This document shows positions 47,513-59,687 of a DNA stretch of 64,000 bases, one piece after another. The position numbers and the translations under genes are program-made. Each line of letters opens with the position of its first letter. Position 1 is the first letter of the stretch. The stretch is from an uncultured Acidimicrobiaceae bacterium (GTDB taxonomy: Bacteria > Actinomycetota > Acidimicrobiia > Acidimicrobiales > RAAP-2). The stretch lies in the NCBI GenBank assembly GCA_963839925.1, contig CAWIWV010000001.1:630094-694093 (forward strand), given 5' to 3'. Below the pieces are notes generated by a model. That model was not told where the DNA came from, did not search any database, and saw only the letters and a program-made list of their open reading frames with translations.

Positions 47513-48268
47513 ATGTCACCGACCCGGCCTCGCCCCCTGGTCGGAGTCTCCATGTACCGCCAGACCACCTCGTGGTGGTCGTGGGATCGTGACGCCGCGT
47601 TGGTACCGGGCGTCTACCTCGACGTCCTGGAGTCGGCGGGAGGGCAAGCGGTGCTCATCCCCCCCGGCGGTGATGGCCCGGCCGATGGGCACTCGCCCGA
47701 CGCAGTCGACGGGCTGGTCGAGGCGCTGGATGGACTACTCCTGATCGGAGGTGGTGACATCGACGCCCGGCGATACGGCCAGGCCGCCGACGAGCGGAAC
47801 GGTGGCGTCTGCGATCGACGAGACGAGATCGAGCTCGCCTTGCTGGACGCGGCACTCCGACAGGAACTTCCGGTCCTTGCCGTCTGTCGGGGCATGCAAC
47901 TCCTCAACGTCCACCTCGGAGGGGATCTGATCCAGCACCTGCCGGATGAGATCGGATCGAAGCGGCATCAGCCACGCCCGGGATCCTTCGGGACGATCGA
48001 CGTGTCGACCCGGGACGGCAGCGTCGTGCGAGGGCTGTTGGGCGAGCGCACCGAGGTGCTGTGCAGTCATCACCAGGCGGTCGGCGCACTGGGTCGAGAG
48101 TTGGTGGTGACCGCGACCAGTGACGACGGCGTGATCGAAGCGGTCGAACTGCCCGGTCACCCGTTCGCCGTCGGAGTCCAGTGGCACCCCGAGGAGTCCG
48201 GCGACACGAGGTTGTTCGAAGCGTTGGTCGAAGCGGCGCGGACCCAGCCCAGCGGACAGCGATCGTGA
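47513..48268 (+). CDS. Class I glutamine amidotransferase-like hydrolase (peptidase C26 / PuuD-like)
   Basis: ATG 47513. AVCRGMQLLNV (nucleophile Cys), HHQAV, VQWHPE blocks. Confidence 0.85.
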   Translation: MSPTRPRPLVGVSMYRQTTSWWSWDRDAALVPGVYLDVLESAGGQAVLIPPGGDGPADGHSPDAVDGLVEALDGLLLIGGGDIDARRYGQAADERNGGVCDRRDEIELALLDAALRQELPVLAVCRGMQLLNVHLGGDLIQHLPDEIGSKRHQPRPGSFGTIDVSTRDGSVVRGLLGERTEVLCSHHQAVGALGRELVVTATSDDGVIEAVELPGHPFAVGVQWHPEESGDTRLFEALVEAARTQPSGQRS

Positions 48269-49032
48269 GCGGGCTCGCCCGTTCGCACTCCGGCCAGGTT
48301 GCCGTGGTCACCGGTGCCAGCAGAGGACTCGGTGCCGGCCTTGCAGCTGCGTTCGCCACAGAGGGTCTGAGGCTCGGTCTCTGCGCGCGCACCGTCCCGC
48401 AATCCCCGGACCAGTCGGAGTCGCTCTGCATGTCGGTGGACGTCTCTGACGCAGCGATGGTCGACGCTTTCTGCACAGCGGTGGTCGAGCGATTCGGACA
48501 GATCGACCTCTGGATCAACAATGCCGGGGTCCTCGAGCCGATCGGCAGGGTCGTCGACGACGACCCTGAATCTCTTCGCGCCCACGTCGAGACCAACGTC
48601 CTCGGGGCGATGTACGGATCCGCCACGTTCGCCCGCCACGTCGGCCAACGACCGGGGACCGGAGTGCTGGTCAACATCACCTCGGGCGCGGCGACCACCC
48701 CGTATGAGGGTTGGGCTCCCTACTGCGCGTCCAAGGCCGCGGTGGACATGTTCACCGAAGTCATCGCCAGGGAGGAACGCGGTCACGGTCTCGCTGCGTA
48801 CGCGTTGGCGCCGGGTCACGTGGACACCGACATGCAGGCCCTCATCCGAGCGACACCTCCTGACGTGCTCCCGTCGGTCGGTCGATTTCAACGCGTCCAC
48901 GACGAGCGCCGCTTCAACCCACCCGCCCACGTGGCCCGCTACATCCTGGATCATCTCCTCGCCGGGCCACCCGGAGGTCCAGTGCGGGACCCGGTCGGGC
49001 CGATCCGGTTGCGGGTGCCGGACGGCTTCTGA
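48265..49032 (+). CDS. SDR family oxidoreductase
   Basis: The GTG start overlaps the upstream stop (GTGA at 48265-48268). VAVVTGASRGLG, NNAG, YCASKAA motifs. Confidence 0.8.
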   Translation: MSGLARSHSGQVAVVTGASRGLGAGLAAAFATEGLRLGLCARTVPQSPDQSESLCMSVDVSDAAMVDAFCTAVVERFGQIDLWINNAGVLEPIGRVVDDDPESLRAHVETNVLGAMYGSATFARHVGQRPGTGVLVNITSGAATTPYEGWAPYCASKAAVDMFTEVIAREERGHGLAAYALAPGHVDTDMQALIRATPPDVLPSVGRFQRVHDERRFNPPAHVARYILDHLLAGPPGGPVRDPVGPIRLRVPDGF

Positions 49033-49087
49033 ACCGGACGTGGCACGCGCTCGCTGGGGAGGTCGCAGGGGCGGGTAACGTCGTTCC

Positions 49088-49207
49088 ATGTCTGATCGCT
49101 CCCGAAAGATCGCGAAACCGGCAGCTGCCTTCGGGCTGCTGGCCACCATGGCGAGCATCTGGTGGTTCGCACTACGGCCTCGGCGCAGGAACAAGCCCGA
49201 CCGGTAG
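49088..49207 (+). CDS. Possible 39-aa single-TM small protein
   Basis: MSDRSRKIAKPAAAFGLLATMASIWWFALRPRRRNKPDR: basic-hydrophobic-basic topology. No clear SD sequence. Below the ORF-track cutoff. Confidence 0.25.
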   Translation: MSDRSRKIAKPAAAFGLLATMASIWWFALRPRRRNKPDR

Positions 49208-49221
49208 TTCGGCTGGCGGGC

Positions 49222-50620
49222 ATGTCTTCGTTGCCCGGAGGGGCCACGGTCGAGGTCCTGAGCGCCGGCGTCGCGGAGGCGGCCCAGCGCCGCGCCGCCG
49301 GGGCGCTGCAAGCGTCAGGTCTCGGCCCAGGCGATCGGGTGGCGTTCTGCCTGCCTTCGTCGGCACCTCTCCTGTGCGCCGTCCTCGGTGCGTTGCGAGT
49401 CGGGATCGTGCCGGTGCTGTTGAACGCGACCTTGACCGATCGGGAACAACGCGAGCTGATCGACGACGCTCGTCCGGGCCTGGTCATCACCAGCCCCGGC
49501 CAGCTGCACTCGCTGGCAGCTGGACCACCCACCGAGCTCGCGCCCTATCCACTCGGTCGGCCCATGCACTACACCTCGGGCACGACCGGCCGTTCGAAGG
49601 GAGTCTGGTCGGGCCTGTGGGACGAATCCACGGCCGAGGCGGCGTTTCGCGACGAGGCCGATCTCTGGTCGTTCGATCCCGACGACGTCCATCTGGTCTG
49701 TTCGCCGATGTACCACTCGGTGTCGATCCGGTTCGCCGCGGGGACGCTTCTGTGCGGGGGAACCTGCCTGGTGCTCAGCCGGTTCCACGCCGGGGCGGCG
49801 CTGTCTGCGCTCCGCGGCGAGCACGGATCGGTGCCGACCACGACCTTCATGGCGCCGGCGGTGCTCGCCCGGCTGCTCGACGAACTCGACGCCCAGGGCG
49901 GAGGTGCCGAGCGTTTCGACTCGCTTCGCCTGCTGGTGCACGCCGGGTCTCCCTGCCCGCCGGCACTCAAACGCCGGGCGATGTCGCGAGTGGGTGAAGG
50001 TGTGCTCTGGGAGTTCTACGGCTCGACCGAAGGGCAGTTCACGGTGTGCTCGCCGACAGAATGGGTGGCACATCCCGGTTCGGTCGGACGGGCGCGGAGC
50101 GGGAGGACACTCTCGGTCGACCCGGATGGGACCATCTGGTGCAAGGCTCCCGTTTTTGCCAGGTTCAGCTACTGGGGAGACGAGGCCAAGACCGCAGCTG
50201 CCTGGCGAGACGGGTCCTTCACCGTGGGCGACCTGGGACGACTCGATGCCGACGGCTATCTCTTTCTCGACGGCCGCCGTGACGACCTCATCATCAGCGG
50301 AGGGGTGAACGTCTACCCGGCCGAGGTGGAGGCGATGCTCGGAGACGTCGAGGGCGTGGGTGACCTCGCAGTGTTCGGCCTTCCCGACGAGCGGTGGGGC
50401 CAGCGGGTCTGCGCCGCAGTGGTACCCGCAGGTGGGGCGACAGCGGCCGTGGTCGAGGCTCGTCCGCTCCCGTGCCTCGGAGCAGCTCGCGCCGTACAAG
50501 CAGCCGAAGCAGTACGTGCTGCTCGAGTCGCTCCCTCGGACGGCGACCGGAAAGATCCAACGGAACCTGATCCCCGGCGTCATCGAGGAGCGAGCCGTCG
50601 AGGAGATACTGGAGCAATGA
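49222..50620 (+). pseudogene. AMP-dependent acyl-CoA ligase with a frame break at about 50440-50475
   Basis: YTSGTTGRSKG motif. The body is in the frame of the 953-aa track ORF. The authentic C-terminus (EQLAPYKQPKQYVLLESLPRTATGKIQR) is in the frame of ORF 50360-50620. The span is 1399 nt (3n+1). Confidence 0.75.
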
Positions 50621-52023
50621 CCCCGGCAGATGCTGGTCCACCGATCGCGACGGTGAACCCGGTCAACGGTGAGGTACTCCAGTGCTTCGAACCGTTCGAC
50701 GCGGTTGGCGTGGAGCGCGCGCTGGCGAGCGCAGGGGAGACCGCTCGCCGCTGGGCGTCGAGCAGTTTCGCGGAGCGCTCGATTCTGCTCAACACCGTGG
50801 CCGAGCTTCTCGAGGGAGAGCTCCCGGACATCGCCCACGGGGTGACCACCGAGATGGGCAAACCGTTCGCCCAAGCCAAGGGAGAAGTGGCCAGGTGCGC
50901 AAGCGCCTTCCGGTGGTTCGCGGAACAGGGCGAAGCGTTGCTTGCCGACCAGGAGGTGCCGCTCGGCACCTCGGTGGGACGGGTCACCTACCGGCCGCTT
51001 GGCGCGGTGCTCGTCGTGACCTCGTGGAGTTTTCCCCTGTGGCAGGCCACCCGGTTCGTCTGCTCCGCGGTGACGGCTGGGAATGTCGTCCTGTTCAAGG
51101 GAGCGCCGAACGTGCCGCGCACCACCCTGGTCTTCGGGGACCTCTTTCGGCGGGCCGGTGCGCCCGAGGGTCTGCTGCAGGCACTGCTGATCGGGTCCGA
51201 CCAGCTGCCCGCGATCATCGCCGACTGTCGGGTCACAGCCGTGGCCGCGGCCGGGACGGTCGAGGAGGGGAGGGCGGTGGCTGCCCAGGCAGGAGCCGCC
51301 GGCAAGAAGGTCGTCCTCGAGCTCGGCGGCAGCGATCCGTTCGTCGTCCTCCCGTCGGCAGATGTGGCGAGAGCGGTCTCGGTCGGGGTGGAGGCCCGGA
51401 CCCACAACGCCGGTCAATCATCGATCGCTGCCACTCGATTCATCGTCCACGACGAGGTGGCAGAGGAGTTCACCCGAGGGTTCGTCGACGCAATGGACGG
51501 CCTGTCGGTGGGAGACCCGTTCGAGCCCGCGACCGAGGTGGGACCGCTTGCGAGCGAAGGTGCACGCGACACCCTTGCTGCCCAGGTCGAAGACGCCCGT
51601 GCGCGTGGAGCGACCGTGCTCTGTGGCGGCCGGTCCCTGGACGGCCCGGGGGGTTCGGAGCGCTCCGGTTACTTCTACAGTCCCACGGTCATCACCGGCG
51701 TCACCTCAGAGATGCGGGTGGCGAACGAGGAGCTGGTCGGACCGGTCGCGCTCCTCTCGGTGGTCGCGGACGCGGACGAGGCACTGGCACAGGCCAATGC
51801 GTCGGACTTCGGCATGGGGGCGAGTGTCTGGACCAGCGAACCCGACGAACAGCGACGGTTCGCCGAGGAGCTCGAGTCCGGTCAGGTCTCCATCAACGGC
51901 CCGGTGGTCGTTCGGCCGGAGCTCCCGTTCGGGGGCACCAAGAGCTCCGGCTTCGGGCGCGAGCTCTCGTCGTTCGGGTTGTACGAGTTCTGCAACATCA
52001 AGTCGGTCTGGAGCGCGTCGTGA
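50617..52023 (+). CDS. Aldehyde dehydrogenase family protein (succinate-semialdehyde-DH-like) with Ser at the catalytic Cys position
   Basis: ATG 50617 overlaps the upstream stop (ATGA). ALDH blocks VVLELGGSDPFVV and EELVGPV. The active-site block reads HNAGQSSIAATRF where the family has G-Q-x-C. Confidence 0.85.
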   Translation: MTPADAGPPIATVNPVNGEVLQCFEPFDAVGVERALASAGETARRWASSSFAERSILLNTVAELLEGELPDIAHGVTTEMGKPFAQAKGEVARCASAFRWFAEQGEALLADQEVPLGTSVGRVTYRPLGAVLVVTSWSFPLWQATRFVCSAVTAGNVVLFKGAPNVPRTTLVFGDLFRRAGAPEGLLQALLIGSDQLPAIIADCRVTAVAAAGTVEEGRAVAAQAGAAGKKVVLELGGSDPFVVLPSADVARAVSVGVEARTHNAGQSSIAATRFIVHDEVAEEFTRGFVDAMDGLSVGDPFEPATEVGPLASEGARDTLAAQVEDARARGATVLCGGRSLDGPGGSERSGYFYSPTVITGVTSEMRVANEELVGPVALLSVVADADEALAQANASDFGMGASVWTSEPDEQRRFAEELESGQVSINGPVVVRPELPFGGTKSSGFGRELSSFGLYEFCNIKSVWSAS

Positions 52024-53180
52024 CCGATCGGGCCTACCTCGACCATGCGGCGACGACCCCGATGCGACCAGAGGCGCTCGAGGCGATGCTTCCCTATCTG
52101 TCGGACCACTTCGGCAACCCGTCGGGAGGCCACGCCGAATCGCGGCTCGCCCGGAAAGCGCTCGACGACGCACGCGATCAGATCGCGGCTCTGCTGGGGG
52201 CCGACTTCAGCGAGATCGTGTTCACCTCCGGCGGGACCGAGGCCGACAACCTGGGAATCGTCGGCGGCTGGGAGGCTCGATCCGACACACGCAACGACGC
52301 CCGGGCGATCGTCTGTGCGGGCCTGGAGCATCACGCGGTGTTGAACACTTGCCGGGCGCTCGCAGGTCGAGAGAGTGCGGACCTTGCCGAGGTGGGGGCA
52401 GGAAAGGACGGGATCGTGGACCTGGAGGCGCTTGCCACGGCCTGCGGTCCGGAGGTGGCCCTGGTGTCGGTCATGGCGGTGAACAACGAGATCGGCACCG
52501 TCCAGCCACTCGACGAGGTGGCCGAGGTGGTGCGGTCGAGATCCCCGGGGGCGGTACTCCATACCGACGCTGTCCAGGCGGTTCCCTGGCTGGACGTGTC
52601 CAGATCGACCCGGTGTGCAGACCTGGTGGCGATCAGCGCGCACAAGTTCGGCGGTCCGAAGGGAGTCGGCGCGCTCGTCGTCCGCAATGGGACGACCGTC
52701 TTCCCGTTGATCCACGGTGGAGGCCAGGAGCGCGAGCGCAGGAGCGGCACCCCGAACGTGGCGGGTGCGGTGGCCATGGCAGCCGCTCTGTCGGCGACGG
52801 TGGCCGAGCGGGGTCGGGTGGGCCCTGTGGTGGCCCGCATGCGCGACCGGCTGGGCGATGGCCTGCTCGCGTCGGTGACCGGATCGGTCGAGACGGGACG
52901 GCGTGAGCAGAGAACGGCCGGACATCTCCATCTGCGTTTTGCCGGCATCGACGCCGAGGCCCTGGTCGTGTTGCTCGACGAGGCAGGTGTGGCGGTGTCG
53001 GCCGGAGCAGCCTGCTCGAGTGGGGCGGTGGAGCCGAGCCACGTGTTGCTCTCGATGGGGCTGGGCCACGACGAGGCGGCGAGTGGGATCCGCTTCAGCC
53101 TCGGAAGGGACACCACCGAGGGAGAGATCGAACACGTACTCCGAGCCGTTCCGCAGGCTGTCGCCCAACTGAGAGACTGA
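52020..53180 (+). CDS. Cysteine desulfurase (class V aminotransferase, IscS/NifS-like)
   Basis: The GTG start overlaps the upstream stop (GTGA). YLDHAATTP, SAHKFGGPKG (PLP Lys), SAGAACSSG (catalytic Cys). Confidence 0.9.
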   Translation: MTDRAYLDHAATTPMRPEALEAMLPYLSDHFGNPSGGHAESRLARKALDDARDQIAALLGADFSEIVFTSGGTEADNLGIVGGWEARSDTRNDARAIVCAGLEHHAVLNTCRALAGRESADLAEVGAGKDGIVDLEALATACGPEVALVSVMAVNNEIGTVQPLDEVAEVVRSRSPGAVLHTDAVQAVPWLDVSRSTRCADLVAISAHKFGGPKGVGALVVRNGTTVFPLIHGGGQERERRSGTPNVAGAVAMAAALSATVAERGRVGPVVARMRDRLGDGLLASVTGSVETGRREQRTAGHLHLRFAGIDAEALVVLLDEAGVAVSAGAACSSGAVEPSHVLLSMGLGHDEAASGIRFSLGRDTTEGEIEHVLRAVPQAVAQLRD

Positions 53181-53185
53181 ACCCC

Positions 53186-56376
<3,191 letters not shown>

Positions 56377-56451
56377 CCTCTCCACCCTTGATCTCAGGGT
56401 TACTCCACGGTAAGCTTTGTGGCGCTGGTCTGTTTTGAGTGCGTGGGGGGA

Positions 56452-56475
56452 GGAACAAGTTCGCACCGCAGCGTT
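56452..56475 (+). promoter_or_regulatory. ECF-type promoter-like motif GGAAC-N15-CGTT upstream of P3
   Basis: GGAACaagttcgcaccgcagCGTT. The AAC-to-GTT spacing (16 nt) is the same as in the motif upstream of the ECF sigma gene. Confidence 0.3.
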
Positions 56476-56640
56476 TGGCCTGCCGCAGAGTGCTTCGAAT
56501 CGAAGCACCGAGCAGGTCGTTTGGGGGAAATCTGATCCGAGCTTGCGTGCTCGCGCGGACCGGCAGGTATGTCACGTTAGGGGGCAAAGGTCGCCTGACT
56601 TCGAACTCCATGGAGACATGGAAGAACCAAGGAGCACTAC

Positions 56641-57273
56641 ATGATTCGCAAGTTGCTTGTGGTCGCTGCGGCGATCGCGATGCCTGTCAGTGTGATTGCC
56701 GTGAGTGGCGGGACGGCCAGTGCGTCGAACTCGCACAGCACGACCACCGCTACCGCTACCTGCACGGGCCTCAAGGGCTCAATTGCCTTCACGCCGCATC
56801 TGAGCTCGAAGGGCGATGGAACGACTCCGATCACGGCAAAGGTGACCGCCACGCTGACCGGTTGCAAGGGCGTCGGCGCCACGATCACCGGCGGCTCGGT
56901 TTCCGGCAGCCTCAAGGGTGCCCCAGGCACGAAGACCAAGCCTTCTGGGACCTGCGCGGGTCTGGCGTCCGGCAATGCCTCGGAAGTCGGAGCCCTGACC
57001 ATCAAGTGGACCCCGTCGTCGGTTCCCGCCACGGTGCTCAACGTGAAGAGCGATAAGGGTGGCACCGTCGGAGGACACGGGAGCTTCGCCATCCCCGGCA
57101 ACGTCAAGTCGACGGTTTCGGGCTCGTTCCAAGGCTCTGACAAGGGAGCGAAGGACAGCTCGCTGGCGGAGACGACCTTGACCGCCGCGTCGATCCTGAC
57201 CTCATGCACCAAGGGGATCGCCTCCCTCGCCATCCAGAATGTGCCTGGGAAGACCGCGGTCACCCTCGGCTAG
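56641..57273 (+). CDS. Secreted four-cysteine beta-rich protein, family copy P3
   Basis: AAGGAG SD 6 nt upstream of the ATG. MIRKLLVVAAAIAMPVSVIAVSGGTASA signal peptide. 210 aa, colinear with P1 and P2, with the same four Cys. Confidence 0.8.
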   Translation: MIRKLLVVAAAIAMPVSVIAVSGGTASASNSHSTTTATATCTGLKGSIAFTPHLSSKGDGTTPITAKVTATLTGCKGVGATITGGSVSGSLKGAPGTKTKPSGTCAGLASGNASEVGALTIKWTPSSVPATVLNVKSDKGGTVGGHGSFAIPGNVKSTVSGSFQGSDKGAKDSSLAETTLTAASILTSCTKGIASLAIQNVPGKTAVTLG

Positions 57274-57316
57274 TTAGCAACAGCCCGATCCATCGGGCAC
57301 GCAGTACCGCCGTACC

Positions 57317-57348
57317 GAAGAGGACGGGGCCCCGGCCCCGTCCTCTTC
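57317..57348 (+). terminator. Perfect 15-bp-arm GC-rich hairpin downstream of P3
   Basis: GAAGAGGACGGGGCC-cc-GGCCCCGTCCTCTTC, preceded by the CCGTACC that also precedes the P1 and P2 hairpins. Confidence 0.6.
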
Positions 57349-57406
57349 ACGTCTCCGGCCCCTCCACCGCTTGGGTAAGCCCAGTCGCTAGCCTTGAAAC
57401 GCCGCC

Positions 57407-59371
57407 ATGCCGAGTATCACCGACTCCATCGGGCGTGTCCTCGGCGACCGCTACCGACTCGTCACCGCCCTGGGAACTGGCGCGTCCTCGCACGTCTACC
57501 TGGCCGATGATGTCGGGCTCCACCGCCGGGTGGCTATCAAGGTGCTCCACCCTGCGCTCGCCGGCGACAGGGCCTTTCTCAAGCGCTTCCAGGCCGAGGC
57601 CCAAGCGGTCGCCGCCCTCAACCATCCCAACATCCTCCAGGTCTACGACTGGGGCGAGCAGGACGGCGTCCCTTACCTGGTCCTCGAGTACCTGGCAGGT
57701 GGCAGCCTCCGCCAGGTCTACGACACCGGGGTCCTACTGACTCCTCAGCAGGCTGCGCGGATCGGCATCGAAGCCGCTGCCGGACTCGACTACGCCCACC
57801 GTCGCGGTCTGGTCCATCGGGACATCAAACCGGCCAATCTCCTCTTCGACGGCGAGCAACGTCTCCGGATCGCCGATTTCGGACTGGCCCGCGCGCTTGC
57901 CGAGGCCTCGTGGACCGAGCCGGACGGGGCGATCCTCGGGACCGCTCGCTATTCATCGCCCGAGCAGGTCGAGGGCTGGGTGCTCAACGGCAAGGCCGAC
58001 GTCTATGCACTCTCCCTGGTGCTCTACGAGGGAGTCACCGGCGAGGCGCCGTTCGTCGGGGATACCACCCTGAGCACGCTCATGGCTCGGGTGGGTGTGC
58101 TGCTCCCCGAGAACGACGCGCTCGGCCCCCTCTACGACGTGTTGGTGTGGGGCGCTGCACCGGAGCCTTCGGAGCGCTACGACGCTTCGCAACTGCGGGT
58201 CCGACTCGAGGCGCTCGCGGCGTCACTTCCGGAGCCCGAGCCCCTGCCGACAGGCGAAGCCGACGGGGACGACCTGGCTCCCGGCGTGCTCCACCGCACG
58301 AACGGGCTCGATCTCACCGAGCTCGGCGCGCCGAGCTCCGGCGAAGGTGCCGGTACCGCGACGAGCCGGGTCCCGATCATCGGGGGCCTCAAGAAAGCGA
58401 AGGGACCCGACGGCTCGGGTTCCCCGAACGGGGCAAAGCCCTACTCGCGACGGCAGCGGCGACGCACCGCTCGGATGGCGGCGCTCGCGCTCGTCGTCTG
58501 TGCTCTGATCGCCGGAGCCGCACTCCTCGTCTCGCGAAGCGGGGTGCTGACGCCGAGCAAAACGGTGCCGCAGCTGGTGGGCAAGTCCCTTTCCCAGGCA
58601 ACCGCGGCCGTCCGCAACGGTCATTTCGTCGTGAAGACCACCGGCCACGCCTACAACAACACGCTCGCAGTGGGCGTCGTCCTGAGTCAGCATCCCGCCG
58701 CCACCGTCAAAGGCAGACCGGTCACCGCCAAACAGGGCTCGACCATCGATGTGGTGGTCTCACGCGGTCCGGGGCCGGTGCGGTTCCCGCCGATGGCCCG
58801 CCTGAGCTGCGCGGTTGCCGTCGGGCAACTGCACGCACTCGGCCTGGTCGGCACCTGCCCTCCGACGGCTGCGCAGTACAGCTCGACGGTGCCCGCGAAC
58901 GAAGTCATCACCACGTCGCCGTCAGGCACCGCCCTCCACGGTTCGACGGTGACCATCGTCGTCTCGAAGGGCCACGCACCGGTGCCTGTTCCTGCAGTCA
59001 CTGGAAATACCTTCCTCTACTCGGGAGCCAAGGCTGCACTCACCGCCGCCGGGTTCGTGCCGACCGAAAAGGGGGAGTACAGCTCCTCGGTGCAGAACGG
59101 GGCGGTCATCAGCACCGTTCCCTCCGCCACGTCCGGCCTGCAGCCATTCGGTTCACCGGTGACCGTCTACGTCTCACTCGGACCCCCGCTGGTCAAGGTT
59201 CCCGACGTGTCCGGCGACTCGGTGGCTTCGGCCGCCAACACGCTCGAATCCGACGGCCTGCACGTCGCCGGTCCCTACGGCCCACCCCGGGCGAAGGTGG
59301 TGGTCTCGACCGATCCCTCGGCCGGTACCTCGGTTCCCATCGGCAGCACCGTCGACCTCTACACACGGTGA
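57407..59371 (+). CDS. Ser/Thr protein kinase with transmembrane segment and four PASTA domains (PknB-like)
   Basis: VAIKVL, HRDIKPANLL, ADFGLA and SPEQ kinase motifs. TM MAALALVVCALIAGAALLV. Four repeats of about 65 aa ending in V.VS.G-type PASTA signatures. Confidence 0.9.
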   Translation: MPSITDSIGRVLGDRYRLVTALGTGASSHVYLADDVGLHRRVAIKVLHPALAGDRAFLKRFQAEAQAVAALNHPNILQVYDWGEQDGVPYLVLEYLAGGSLRQVYDTGVLLTPQQAARIGIEAAAGLDYAHRRGLVHRDIKPANLLFDGEQRLRIADFGLARALAEASWTEPDGAILGTARYSSPEQVEGWVLNGKADVYALSLVLYEGVTGEAPFVGDTTLSTLMARVGVLLPENDALGPLYDVLVWGAAPEPSERYDASQLRVRLEALAASLPEPEPLPTGEADGDDLAPGVLHRTNGLDLTELGAPSSGEGAGTATSRVPIIGGLKKAKGPDGSGSPNGAKPYSRRQRRRTARMAALALVVCALIAGAALLVSRSGVLTPSKTVPQLVGKSLSQATAAVRNGHFVVKTTGHAYNNTLAVGVVLSQHPAATVKGRPVTAKQGSTIDVVVSRGPGPVRFPPMARLSCAVAVGQLHALGLVGTCPPTAAQYSSTVPANEVITTSPSGTALHGSTVTIVVSKGHAPVPVPAVTGNTFLYSGAKAALTAAGFVPTEKGEYSSSVQNGAVISTVPSATSGLQPFGSPVTVYVSLGPPLVKVPDVSGDSVASAANTLESDGLHVAGPYGPPRAKVVVSTDPSAGTSVPIGSTVDLYTR

Positions 59372-59679
59372 GCGAACCCGAACCCGGTTGCGAGCTCTGC
59401 GAGGCCGCCCGGATCACCGAGTGGTTCCACGAGGACGACCTGTGCTGGGTCGCTGCCTGTGAGGTCTGCGACGTGCCGATGGTGGTCTGGAAGAGCCACG
59501 GCAACTCGCCACCCGACGCCGAGGTCGACCACATGCTCGAACAGCTCGGACGCGTCGCCGACGAGCAGCTGGGCGCCGGGGTGTGGTCCTTCGACCGGGT
59601 GATGCGCCAGATCCCCGACCACTTCCACGCGCACGCCCGCGACCCGAACTGGTGGTTCCGTCGGTTCGGGCGCCGGTGA
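59368..59679 (+). CDS. Small HIT-like zinc-ribbon/histidine-triad-like protein
   Basis: The GTG start overlaps the kinase stop (GTGA). 103 aa. CELCEAA...DDLCWVAACEVCDVPMVVWKSHG...PDHFHAHARD parallels the CxxC...H.H.H.. layout of HIT proteins. The assignment is tentative. Confidence 0.55.
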   Translation: MSEPEPGCELCEAARITEWFHEDDLCWVAACEVCDVPMVVWKSHGNSPPDAEVDHMLEQLGRVADEQLGAGVWSFDRVMRQIPDHFHAHARDPNWWFRRFGRR

Positions 59680-59687
59680 GCTGAGCG

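Noticed and set aside
49162-52023. 953-aa ORF suggesting a bifunctional acyl-CoA ligase-aldehyde dehydrogenase.
   Set aside because: The linker segment is nonsense sequence. The ligase C-terminal motif is in another frame and ends at 50620. The ALDH has its own ATG in an ATGA overlap.
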